A stretch of 64,000 nt of DNA from an uncultured Eubacteriales bacterium (GTDB lineage Bacteria; Bacillota; Clostridia; Christensenellales; CAG-138): NCBI GenBank assembly GCA_902798825.1, contig CADBYI010000010.1, positions 16,518 to 80,517 of the forward strand. Direction: 5' to 3'. Positions 1 through 7,904 of the stretch are shown here, in pieces (the stretch's first letter is position 1; each line of letters opens with the position of its first letter). The notes under the pieces are model-generated. The model was not told the DNA's origin. It searched no databases and was given only the letters and a program-made list of their open reading frames with translations. The position numbers and the translations under genes were made by a program.

Positions 1-1857
1 TTCAATTCTCCCGTGAACCGCAATTTGAAGTTTGGCTCCCTTGCGGCAGGAGAGTATTCCTATGTTCTGAAAGTCCACTGTGCCTACAATTACTGCGAGG
101 ACGGGAAGACTCTGGTTTCCAGGGGCACAGGGGCACAGTATCTTGTCCATTCCAACGGCTTTGTGGTGGTGAAATCCGGTTCGACCACCTCCTACATCAC
201 CGTAAGTTTTGAAGTGAATGAGAACGATACAACGGTCAGTCCGACATCGAAACAGGTTGTTGTTGGCCAGACATACGGCGAACTGCCTACGCCTAATCTC
301 GCGTATTATCTCGTTGATGATGTGCATTTTGCCGGTTGGTGGGATGACGATGACAATGAAATTCTGCCCGATACCAAGGTGACTATTACAACGAACCATA
401 CGCTTCATGCGCAATGGGAGCGTGAGGAATATCCTGATGTTTCGGTGACCTATGATCCGAACGGGGGATATTTCTGCGAGCATTATCAGAGCAGTTCACT
501 TAGACCCAAGGAAAACACGGCTTCCTATCAAACTGTTTACTGCGGCACATACGGCGATTCGGATAATGCGAGCGATAACTATAGATGGCCGTATGATAAT
601 CTTAACACCGTTCTTTGCCGCCCCGGCTATCTTTTTGATGGCTGGTATACGGAAAAGGCCGGCGGTGAACAGATACGCGTAGATGATGTGTGCCTTACAT
701 CGGAGAACCACACCCTCTATGCCCATTGGTATCCGGATCCAGGATATAAGATCTATTTCAATGCCACTGGTGGAACAGTCGCAACGGAAAGCAAAGTCGT
801 GACCTATGGCTCCGCTTATGGCGATCTGCCTACGCCGACACGGGAGGGATTTGTATTCGACGGTTGGTTTACAAAGGAAAGCGGCGGGGAAAAGGTCACT
901 CCGTCCTCGACCGTGGCTATACAATATACAACTGATCCATATCTGGAAACGGACTTTTCCGTGGAAGGCGATTTTGAACGAATCTACGGTCATAGGCTTT
1001 TTGCTCATTGGTCAACGCCGGGATCAACCACGCCGGCATCTTCATCAGAGCCCGTCACTGTCAAGAGGGTTCAGGTGAAGAAGTCCGTCAAGCTCCAAGT
1101 GCCCAAGGTGAAAGGGAACACCTATCAGTGGTATTTCCGCACCAGTAAAAATGCTGTCTGGCAGTCCATGGGCAAGAAGGGCGCCGGAAAGGTCAAGCTT
1201 AGTGTGAAGATCACCATGGCCATGGACGGCTGGCAGTATCGCTGCCAGGTGACGAGTGCTTCCGGCATCAGCTATTCTGATATATATGAGCTGTATGTGT
1301 ATGAGCCTCTAAAGGTGAGGAAACAGCCTAAATGGAACCAGAAGAGTCTGCCCGGGACGAAGATGACGCTTAGCATCACGGCCCAGGGGGCGGACAGCTA
1401 CCAGTGGTTGACGCGACCCAATTCCGGAGCTGCTTGGACGGCGATCGACGGTGCCACCGGCACCAGCTATGTGGTGGACGTCCAGGAGGGCATGGCCGGA
1501 CGGCAGTACGCCTGCCAGATCACCGGCAGGGCGGGCACTGTTCGATCCAAATCTGCGATAGTGAAATTGGCCCCCTGGCCCAAAGTAAAGATCACCAAGC
1601 AGCCCATGTGGAAGAACGCTGTCCAGCCGGGGAATGTGGTAACCTTGTCCGTCAAGGCCCTGAATGCTGAGACCTACCAGTGGTACTATCGGACTTCGTC
1701 GAATGGCGCATGGATCATCTACAGTGGCGCCACCCAGCCCATCCTGACCTTCACGGTGGGGGCTGGGACCAACGGCTACCAGTACAAGTGTACCGCCAAG
1801 GGCCGGGGCGGCTCGGTGGATTCCAAGCCCGTCATCCTGAAGGTGCTGGCACCCTGA
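1..1857 (+). CDS. Secreted/surface repeat protein, 5' partial: Flg_new-type (Listeria-Bacteroides) repeats followed by three Ig-like domains
   Basis: Frame 1 is open from base 1, so the gene enters from upstream and the GTG at 13 is internal. The N-terminal part repeats G(E/D)LPTP...F(A/D)GW(W/Y/F)....GGE modules. The last ~270 aa are three ~88-aa repeats with PG..(M/V)TLS...A.GA..YQW...W......G..Y.C...G...S core (Ig-like Y-x-C). TGA at 1855-1857, followed by a hairpin terminator. Confidence 0.7.
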   Translation, partial: FNSPVNRNLKFGSLAAGEYSYVLKVHCAYNYCEDGKTLVSRGTGAQYLVHSNGFVVVKSGSTTSYITVSFEVNENDTTVSPTSKQVVVGQTYGELPTPNLAYYLVDDVHFAGWWDDDDNEILPDTKVTITTNHTLHAQWEREEYPDVSVTYDPNGGYFCEHYQSSSLRPKENTASYQTVYCGTYGDSDNASDNYRWPYDNLNTVLCRPGYLFDGWYTEKAGGEQIRVDDVCLTSENHTLYAHWYPDPGYKIYFNATGGTVATESKVVTYGSAYGDLPTPTREGFVFDGWFTKESGGEKVTPSSTVAIQYTTDPYLETDFSVEGDFERIYGHRLFAHWSTPGSTTPASSSEPVTVKRVQVKKSVKLQVPKVKGNTYQWYFRTSKNAVWQSMGKKGAGKVKLSVKITMAMDGWQYRCQVTSASGISYSDIYELYVYEPLKVRKQPKWNQKSLPGTKMTLSITAQGADSYQWLTRPNSGAAWTAIDGATGTSYVVDVQEGMAGRQYACQITGRAGTVRSKSAIVKLAPWPKVKITKQPMWKNAVQPGNVVTLSVKALNAETYQWYYRTSSNGAWIIYSGATQPILTFTVGAGTNGYQYKCTAKGRGGSVDSKPVILKVLAP

Positions 1858-1871
1858 CAAAAAGAAAAACA

Positions 1872-1896
1872 AGCGGGCTCTTCGGAGCCCGCTTTT
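1872..1896. terminator. Bidirectional intrinsic terminator between convergent genes
   Basis: agcgggctc-ttcg-gagcccgct perfect 9-bp stem. T-run follows on the + strand; an A-run precedes it, giving a T-run on the - strand. Confidence 0.8.
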
Positions 1897-1909
1897 GCTG
1901 TAGTTTGGG

Positions 1910-2392
1910 TTAGATTTGGGGCAGACGCCGGCCCACCAGGGTGCCCAGGCCAGCGCCGAGGACGGCCTGCAGGGTGTTGGGCAGGATGTTCACCGCCGCC
2001 ACGGGGGCGGTGAGGAGGACGGCTTCATAGAGGAAGTAGCCCAGGGGCACCAGCAGGCAGCAGAGCAGGGACAGGGGCGTGGCCATCCGCTTCGCCTTGC
2101 GCAGGATGAGCCCGGCGAGGAGGGCGGTGAGCCCCTTTATGAGCAGGGTCACCGGCGCATACATGGCCCAGCCCAGGATCAGATCCGCCAGCGCGGCACC
2201 GACCCCGGCGGCCAGGGCGCCTAGGCCCCCGGAGAGCAGGACGGCGCACAGGTATACGCCCCCGTCCCCCAGGTTCACATACCCATATCCGCTGGGCAGG
2301 GGCAGGGAGATCAGCGTCAGCAGCAGCGTGACGCCGCTCAACAGCCCCGCCAGGGCGAGCCGCTTCGTTTTTTTATCCATTTTGTTTTCCAT
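1910..2392 (-). CDS. ECF-transporter S-component-like membrane protein
   Basis: 160 aa, about 5-6 hydrophobic helices. Motifs GYVNLGDGGVY and ALADLILGW..YAPVTLLIKGL resemble the G-Y-(I/V)-x-L-G-D and LADLL...P.T..IKG signatures of ECF substrate-capture subunits. Lies 22 nt downstream of ispE on the same strand. Confidence 0.6.
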   Translation of the reverse strand: MENKMDKKTKRLALAGLLSGVTLLLTLISLPLPSGYGYVNLGDGGVYLCAVLLSGGLGALAAGVGAALADLILGWAMYAPVTLLIKGLTALLAGLILRKAKRMATPLSLLCCLLVPLGYFLYEAVLLTAPVAAVNILPNTLQAVLGAGLGTLVGRRLPQI

Positions 2393-2414
2393 TGTGGGGG
2401 GCTCCTTTTATAGA

Positions 2415-3236
2415 TTATACGCTGTGGCAGTATGCCGAGTAGTAGTCTGCAGGGAATCCAACCAGGGCGGCCTGCGCCCCTTCCAAACTTTCGAACAGCC
2501 CGAACACCGCGGACCCACTGCCGGTCATGGACGCGGCCAGGGCCCCCTTTTCCAGCAGGGCGGTTTTGATCTGGCCGATCTCGGGCACCAGCTCGATGGC
2601 GGGGCCCTCCAGGGCGTTCTCCATGCAGGCGGCGGCGCCGGGCAGATCGTTTTTGCCCAGCCGCGCCAGACATCGAACCGTCTCCACCCGCTTTCGGGGC
2701 AGGGACAGGCTTTGGAACAGGGCCTTGGTGGACACGCCCCGGGGCGGCTTCACCACGGCGAAATGGAGGATGGGGCCCACCACGGGGGTCAAAATCTCTC
2801 CCACGCCTTCGCATCGGCACAATCCCCCTTGCAGGCAGAAGGGCACGTCCGCACCAACGGTCAGGGCGATCCGCCGCAGCTCCCCGTCCGTCAGCATCCG
2901 GTGGAGCCGCTGCAGGCCCCGCAGCACCGCCGCCGCGTCCGCGGACCCGCCGCCCATGCCTGCCTCCGAGGGCAGCCGCTTCTCGCAGGTGATCAGCGCC
3001 CCCTTGCCGGAGGCGGCCTGATAGAGCTTTGCGGCTTTGTACATGGTGTTTTCAAAGGGCAGATCGGCGCCGGTCACGTGGACCTCCACGGTTTTCGACG
3101 GCGATACCGTCACCCGGTCGAAAAGGCTCACGGTCTGCATGAGGGTGTCCAGGGCATGATACCCGTCCATCCGCTTGTAGAGGACGCCCAAGGTGAGATT
3201 CAGTTTGGCATAGGCCTTTTCTTCCACACGATCCAT
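2415..3236 (-). CDS. ispE: 4-diphosphocytidyl-2-C-methyl-D-erythritol kinase
   Basis: 273 aa. N-terminal AYAKLNLTLGV, GHMP-kinase loop PSEAGMGGGSADAAAV, overall IspE length. Confidence 0.9.
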   Translation of the reverse strand: MDRVEEKAYAKLNLTLGVLYKRMDGYHALDTLMQTVSLFDRVTVSPSKTVEVHVTGADLPFENTMYKAAKLYQAASGKGALITCEKRLPSEAGMGGGSADAAAVLRGLQRLHRMLTDGELRRIALTVGADVPFCLQGGLCRCEGVGEILTPVVGPILHFAVVKPPRGVSTKALFQSLSLPRKRVETVRCLARLGKNDLPGAAACMENALEGPAIELVPEIGQIKTALLEKGALAASMTGSGSAVFGLFESLEGAQAALVGFPADYYSAYCHSV

Positions 3237-3320
3237 GAAAAAGAGTATAGCACAAGTTTTTTCAATGGGGTAGCGCTTTGGCGAAAAATGTGCTATACTA
3301 CTTTCTCATTGGAGGTAGAT

Positions 3321-4109
3321 ATGCGCTTTGTGCCCCTGTGCAGCGGTTCCTCGGGAAACGCCACCTATATTGAAGCGGGCAACGCCCGGCTGCTCATCGA
3401 CGCGGGGCTGTCCTGCCGTCGGATCACGGAGCTGTTGGGCCAGGTGGGGGCCGACCCCGGGTCCCTGACCGCCATACTGGTGACCCACGAGCACATCGAC
3501 CACATCCGGGGCATCAGCGTGCTGTCCCGGAAGTACCATATCCCCGTGTACGCCAACGCGGACACCTGGGGGGCCATGGAAACCGCCCTGGCCGGGGTGT
3601 ATCCCTCGGAGCGGTGCGTGTTCGAAAGCGACAAGGATCTGTACCTGGGGAGGCTTCGGATATTCCCCTTCACCACCCCCCACGACGCGGCTCATTCCGT
3701 GGGCTTCACCCTCTTTGACGGGGAAAACAAGTGCGGCGTGTGCACGGATCTGGGGCACGTGGACAAGCGGATCATTGAGGTCCTCTCCGGCTGCTCGGTG
3801 CTGCTGTTGGAGGCGAACCATGACGTGGACATGCTCATGGCCGGGCCCTACCCCTATTCCCTGAAGCAGCGGATCCTGTCCGGTCGGGGGCACCTGTGCA
3901 ACGAGGACTGCGGCAAAGCGGCGGCGGCCCTGTATGAGCGGGGCGTGAAGCACCTCATTTTGGGCCATCTGTCGGCGGAGAACAACTATCCGCCCCTGGC
4001 TGTGGCCACGGTACGGGGGGTCCTGCGGGACAGCGGCGTCCCCGACGAGGGCATGAGCATCGCCCTGGCCCAGCGGAGCGAGCCCACGGGCATCTTCGAG
4101 GTCGCATGA
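3321..4109 (+). CDS. MBL-fold metallo-hydrolase (YycJ/WalJ-like)
   Basis: ATG at 3321 preceded by GGAGG (3311-3315). MRFVPLCSGSSGNATYIE..., HxHxDH motif THEHIDH. The upstream 414 codons of track ORF 2079-4109 are antisense to ispE and not credible. Stop overlaps the rlmH start (ATGA). Confidence 0.85.
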   Translation: MRFVPLCSGSSGNATYIEAGNARLLIDAGLSCRRITELLGQVGADPGSLTAILVTHEHIDHIRGISVLSRKYHIPVYANADTWGAMETALAGVYPSERCVFESDKDLYLGRLRIFPFTTPHDAAHSVGFTLFDGENKCGVCTDLGHVDKRIIEVLSGCSVLLLEANHDVDMLMAGPYPYSLKQRILSGRGHLCNEDCGKAAAALYERGVKHLILGHLSAENNYPPLAVATVRGVLRDSGVPDEGMSIALAQRSEPTGIFEVA

Positions 4110-4582
4110 ATATCACCGTTCTGGCCGTGGGCAAGCTAAAGGATCGGTTCTTCGAGGAGGGCTGCGCCGAATACAGCAAGCGCCTTCAGCGCTACTGCAC
4201 CTTCACGGTCCGGGAAGTGCCGGACGAGCGGGCCCCGGAGGAGCTGTCTCCCGCCCAGGAGGAGCAGGTGAAGGCCCGGGAGGGGAAGCGGCTGCTGAGC
4301 CTTCTGGACCCCAAGGACCATGTGATTGCCCTGACGGTCACGGGCAAGGCCTACACCTCCGAGGGACTGGCAGCGCGAATCGGCGCCCTGCGGGACCAGG
4401 GGCGGAACGTGAGCTTTTTGATCGGCGGCTCGCTGGGCCTCTCCAAGGAGGCGGTGGACCGGGCGGACGAGGAGTTGAGCCTGTCCAAGCTGACGTTGCC
4501 CCATCGCCTGGCCCGGCTGGTGCTGCTGGAGCAGCTCTATCGGAGCTGGAAGATATTGAACCACGAGACGTATCATAAATGA
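4106..4582 (+). CDS. rlmH: 23S rRNA (pseudouridine1915-N3)-methyltransferase
   Basis: 158 aa. MNITVLAVGKLK...EY.KRL start and the C-terminal SLSKLTLPH...R..L.EQLYR motif of the SPOUT RlmH family. Confidence 0.9.
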   Translation: MNITVLAVGKLKDRFFEEGCAEYSKRLQRYCTFTVREVPDERAPEELSPAQEEQVKAREGKRLLSLLDPKDHVIALTVTGKAYTSEGLAARIGALRDQGRNVSFLIGGSLGLSKEAVDRADEELSLSKLTLPHRLARLVLLEQLYRSWKILNHETYHK

Positions 4583-4602
4583 CAGAAAAGGAGACAAAAC
4601 CC

Positions 4603-6558
4603 ATGAAACGAACCATCTCCCTGCTGCTGGCGCTGGCCATGCTGCTGAATCTGGCAGGCTGCATCCGGGTGCCTAACCTGACCATCAGCGAAGCCACCGC
4701 TGCCCCGGCTGTCACCGCCGAGCCTACGGCGGAACCCACGGCTGAGCCCACCGCCGAACCCACAGCCGAGCCTACGGAGGAACCGACGGCGGAACCAACG
4801 GCTGAGCCCACGGAGGAACCCACCGCGGAGCCGACGGAGGAGCCCACGGCAGAACCCACAGCGGAACCCACGGCGGAACCCACCGAGGCGCCCAAGCAGG
4901 ACACCTGGGCGGACATCGACAGGGACTTCTTCCGGGAGTATCTTTCCAGCGACCTCACCTCGCTCCATCAGATGGTGAAGGACCCCTCCAAATTCGGCAT
5001 CGACTACGACAGCGTGGAGCGCACGCTGGGCACTTTCCTGCCGGATGAGAACCGGGAGTGGTATACGTTTGAGGAGGGCATCCTGGAGCGGATGGAAAAG
5101 CTGGACAGGAGCGCTCTGTCCGAGCAGGACCAGATGGCCTATGATACCCTGCATCAGTTCATTACCTGGGACCTGGAGGGGGAGGAGTTCTACGGCTACT
5201 ATGAGCCTTTGACGGAGCTCACCGGCATCCAGACGGACATCCCCATCGTGTTCTGGTTCTATGAGCTGAACACCAAGCAGGACGTGGAGGACTATCTGAC
5301 CCTCATGGCGGATATGCCCCGGTTCTTCGACGATCTGCTGGAGTATGAGCGGTATCGGGCCGAAAAGCTGAACATCTTCATGCCCAAGGCCAGCCTGGAC
5401 AACATCATCGCAAACGATCTGGAACCCATCCTGGCGGCCCGGGAAACCAGCTTCCTGATCCCCCTGTTCAACGAGCGGGTGGCCCAGGTGCCGGGTCTCA
5501 CCGAGGAGGAGATCCAGGCCTATGAGGAGAGGAACCTTTCCCTGGTCACCAACGAATACTATCAGGCCTTCCTGAATCTGAAGGAGGGCTTGGAGGCCCT
5601 GCGCCCCTACTGCCGGGAGCCCATGGGTGTGAAGGAAACCGGGGACGAGACCTATTTGCGCTGGTTCGCCTATCAGCTGAAGGTCACCTGTGACGAGGAG
5701 GCGGACCCCGAGACCCTGAGCAACCGCCTGCTGGACAGCCTCAACAAGGCCATGAACGACTATACCCTGGCGGCCAAGCTGGGCGGCAGGGACCCCCGCG
5801 TCACCTCCGCCGGCACCGTGGAGGAGAACATCGCCTATTTGCACCAGGTCATGGACCCCCTGTTCCCGGCCATCCCCGAGGTGGACGTGGAGTATGAGGA
5901 CATGCCCGAGGAGTTGCGGAACGGTCGGTCCACGGCCTTCTATCTCATCTCCCCCTTCGACGACTGGCAGGTGAACCATATCGTGGTGGCCGATCCGGAG
6001 AACAACATCAACCTGATCTCCACCCTGGCCCACGAGGGGATCAACGGCCATATGTATCAGTATGTGTACCATCGATCCATGCCGGGGCTGAGCCTGACCC
6101 AGCAGCTGCTGGAGGGCACCGCCTATGCCGAGGCCTGGAGCCAGTATTCCGAGCGGCTCTTCGCCCGGCGCTGCGGCAACCCCTTCAACTCCGTCGACAT
6201 GCAGTACGATCACGCGTTCACCATCGTGTTCTACGCCCTGCTGTTCTATTTGAGCATCCGGGTGAACTACTTCGGCGATTCCTTCATCACCGCCTACCAG
6301 ACCTTCACCGACTACTTCAGCGTGCCCCAGGATACCTTCATGGACGCCTACTATGACACCTACATCGTGGGCAACCCCTTCTACGGCATGCCCTACGCCT
6401 ACGGCTATGCCCGGCTCGTGGAGCTGCACGATATCGCCAAGGCGGCCCTGGGCACCAAGTACAATCAAAAGGCCTTCGACGCCCAGTATCTGAGCTACGG
6501 CCCCTCTTACTTCAACCTTCTGGCCGATCGGCTGGAGCAGTGGGCGGCGGCGCAATAA
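4603..6558 (+). CDS. DUF885-family lipoprotein with (A/E)EPT linker
   Basis: ATG 4603 has AAAGGAG 9 nt upstream. Signal peptide with lipobox LLNLAGC. 14 tandem (A/E)EPT units. The globular part has the metallopeptidase-like HEGINGHMYQ motif typical of DUF885. The track start at 4579 is possible but lacks an SD. Confidence 0.75.
   Translation: MKRTISLLLALAMLLNLAGCIRVPNLTISEATAAPAVTAEPTAEPTAEPTAEPTAEPTEEPTAEPTAEPTEEPTAEPTEEPTAEPTAEPTAEPTEAPKQDTWADIDRDFFREYLSSDLTSLHQMVKDPSKFGIDYDSVERTLGTFLPDENREWYTFEEGILERMEKLDRSALSEQDQMAYDTLHQFITWDLEGEEFYGYYEPLTELTGIQTDIPIVFWFYELNTKQDVEDYLTLMADMPRFFDDLLEYERYRAEKLNIFMPKASLDNIIANDLEPILAARETSFLIPLFNERVAQVPGLTEEEIQAYEERNLSLVTNEYYQAFLNLKEGLEALRPYCREPMGVKETGDETYLRWFAYQLKVTCDEEADPETLSNRLLDSLNKAMNDYTLAAKLGGRDPRVTSAGTVEENIAYLHQVMDPLFPAIPEVDVEYEDMPEELRNGRSTAFYLISPFDDWQVNHIVVADPENNINLISTLAHEGINGHMYQYVYHRSMPGLSLTQQLLEGTAYAEAWSQYSERLFARRCGNPFNSVDMQYDHAFTIVFYALLFYLSIRVNYFGDSFITAYQTFTDYFSVPQDTFMDAYYDTYIVGNPFYGMPYAYGYARLVELHDIAKAALGTKYNQKAFDAQYLSYGPSYFNLLADRLEQWAAAQ
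4717..4884 (+). repeat. 12-bp tandem repeat (14 units) encoding (A/E)EPT
   Basis: gcN gaR ccN acN repeated 14 times in frame within the DUF885 lipoprotein gene. Confidence 0.9.
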
Positions 6559-6578
6559 CACGCATACGAAACTAAGCA

Positions 6579-6604
6579 CAGGGCCCGGTTTATACCGGGC
6601 CCTG
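6579..6604. repeat. 26-bp hairpin, copy 1 (terminator of the DUF885 gene)
   Basis: cagggcccgg-tttata-ccgggccctg, 10-bp GC-rich stem, 21 nt after the stop at 6558. Matches 25 of 26 nt of the copy at 6942-6967, with the loop in the same orientation. Confidence 0.85.
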
Positions 6605-6669
6605 TTAGGCTGTCGAAAAAGGCGGCAGACCATTTGCGACAAGTATAATTGAAGAATCACTGGTAGGAG

Positions 6670-6696
6670 GAAATGGCGTAAACCGCCATTTCTTTT
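6670..6696 (+). terminator. Hairpin plus T-run inside the non-coding insert
   Basis: gaaatggcg-taaac-cgccatttc followed by tttt. Preceded by AGGAGG-aa-ATG-GCG-TAA (a two-codon start-stop ORF). Function unknown. Confidence 0.4.
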
Positions 6697-6911
6697 GAAT
6701 AGAGATGTCGCAAATTAACGGCGTTTTTGCCTGTGCCCATGCCAGAAGCATAGTCGGCGTGCGTCGCGTAGCTCCTCCGCCTCCTTGCTTCCGGCGCACT
6801 TCACCTCGCTGATTCCCGCGCAGCGGGCGCTCGGCTTCGCGCCCCGCAGTACCTTTGTACAGCATCGGGGCAAAGAACGCCGTTTCTGCCATCCTTTGCT
6901 GACAGCCTGCT

Positions 6912-6940
6912 CAGCTTGTCAAAAGCTTTTTGACAAGCTG
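6912..6940. repeat. Near-perfect 29-bp palindrome
   Basis: cagcttgtcaaaag-c-tttttgacaagctg, centred on aagctt, immediately adjacent to hairpin copy 2. Confidence 0.8.
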
Positions 6941-6941
6941 C

Positions 6942-6967
6942 CAGGGCCCGGTTTACACCGGGCCCTG
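6942..6967. repeat. 26-bp hairpin, copy 2 (terminator of the convergent membrane-protein gene)
   Basis: cagggcccgg-tttaca-ccgggccctg, 14 nt from the stop of the minus-strand gene ending at 6981. Confidence 0.85.
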
Positions 6968-6980
6968 GGTCTGTATTATG

Positions 6981-7673
6981 TCAAACTATTTCGTAGGTGG
7001 CTTCCTGGGCCTGGGGGGCCGGGCGCTTGCGCCGGTAGAGGATGCGCCAGGCGAGGAGGGAGAGGAGGATCAGGGCCAGGATGAGGAGGATCAGAGCCCG
7101 GACCTTAGCATAGGGCTCGTACCAGGTCTTGAGGACCATGTCCGCCGTGGTGAGGACCAGGGCGGCCAGGGCCATTCCCAACAGACTTTTTTTCGTCAAC
7201 AGGTCCTTCAGCTTTTTGCGGGGGAACAGGAGCTTCAGCGCCAGGGCGAAGAGGCCGAAGAGAAGGGCGAACTGGAACAGGAACGTGAGGATGGACCCGC
7301 CGAAGACCCTGGAAAAGAAACCCAGCCCCAGGGACAGGGCATAGTTGGCCACGGCGCCGACGGTCCACAGCGGCAGCAGGATCAGCCCCTTCACCGGGGC
7401 GGGCAGGGCCAGCACCCTCTCCCGCAAAAGCGCCTTCGGGGTGGGGACGGGTACGGGCTCTGCTTTTGTCCCCTTCACGGTGTAGACCGGCGCCTTTCCA
7501 AACTGGATGTGGGCGGTTTCGGCGCTCTGGGCCTTCTGCTCGGGGGAGGTCAAAAGGTCCTCCGAATCCACGGTGCCGTTGAGCAGCATGCCCGCGGCAG
7601 TCACGGTCCCCGCGGCCTTGATGGCGGCGGAGCGCAGCTTTTTCTTCGTTTCGGTTTGTTTCGAGGCTTCCAT
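6981..7673 (-). CDS. Hypothetical multi-pass membrane protein
   Basis: ATG at 7673 preceded by GGAGGG (complement of 7680-7685). 230 aa with a charged N-terminus, then 4-5 hydrophobic helices. No recognisable family. The track start at 7871 would read through the divergent promoter region. Confidence 0.6.
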   Translation of the reverse strand: MEASKQTETKKKLRSAAIKAAGTVTAAGMLLNGTVDSEDLLTSPEQKAQSAETAHIQFGKAPVYTVKGTKAEPVPVPTPKALLRERVLALPAPVKGLILLPLWTVGAVANYALSLGLGFFSRVFGGSILTFLFQFALLFGLFALALKLLFPRKKLKDLLTKKSLLGMALAALVLTTADMVLKTWYEPYAKVRALILLILALILLSLLAWRILYRRKRPAPQAQEATYEIV

Positions 7674-7904
7674 ATCGTTCCCTCCTAAAAGAGGATGGAT
7701 ACAGTATACCACCTTCTCTGAAAAACACAAATAAATCCCGCATTTTCTACCAAAATGTTCCATTTCGGGTCCTGTCGAAGCAGATAGTTTACACTTCGGA
7801 CACGGATTTTTTGCACCATATTTGCGGGAGACGGTTGAAAAAAACAGGCGGCTCAGGTACAATTGAGACAACTAAAAATGGGCAACCATAGAGGTGTATA
7901 CGGC

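Noticed and set aside
13-15. GTG at 13 as the start of the first gene
   Set aside because: The frame is open back to base 1 and there is no SD in the 12 available upstream bases. The encoded repeat architecture implies a longer protein, so the gene is treated as 5' partial.
2079-3320. N-terminal 414-codon extension of track ORF 2079-4109
   Set aside because: It is antisense to ispE and the S-component gene. The recognisable MBL protein starts at ATG 3321 with GGAGG upstream. The same logic removes the 5' extensions of ORFs 34995-37412, 45752-46792, 31229-31957, 29279-30103, 25385-26431 and 54183-56090.
4573-6660. 695-aa minus-strand ORF opposite the DUF885 gene. The same pattern occurs at 16302-17849, 20120-21826, 27213-29495, 43282-44649, 54252-56210, 58241-59680 and 59547-62141
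   Set aside because: All are mirror frames of well-supported + strand genes (ABC permease, CotH, transglutaminase, nth/obg, typA, gyrB, gyrA). None has an SD or start context, and all have biased G/R/H/V/L/P composition.
6605-6892. 95-aa minus-strand ORF in the long intergenic region
   Set aside because: It has no SD. The product is Gly/Arg-rich (…RRKQGGGGATRR…) and spans nested inverted repeats. The region is better explained as structured non-coding DNA (see the finding at 6579-6967).
7674-7904. Possible c-di-AMP (ydaO-type) riboswitch in the 230-nt leader of the NlpC/P60 hydrolase gene
   Set aside because: Such riboswitches often precede wall-hydrolase genes, and this leader does show long-range pairing (tcccgca at about 7735 with tgcggga at about 7838) and an internal hairpin. 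However, I could not find the conserved ydaO blocks (GGGGACCCA, GGGGUGAAUC or CCGAACCCG-like). The region also has to hold two divergent promoters. A cmscan would settle it.
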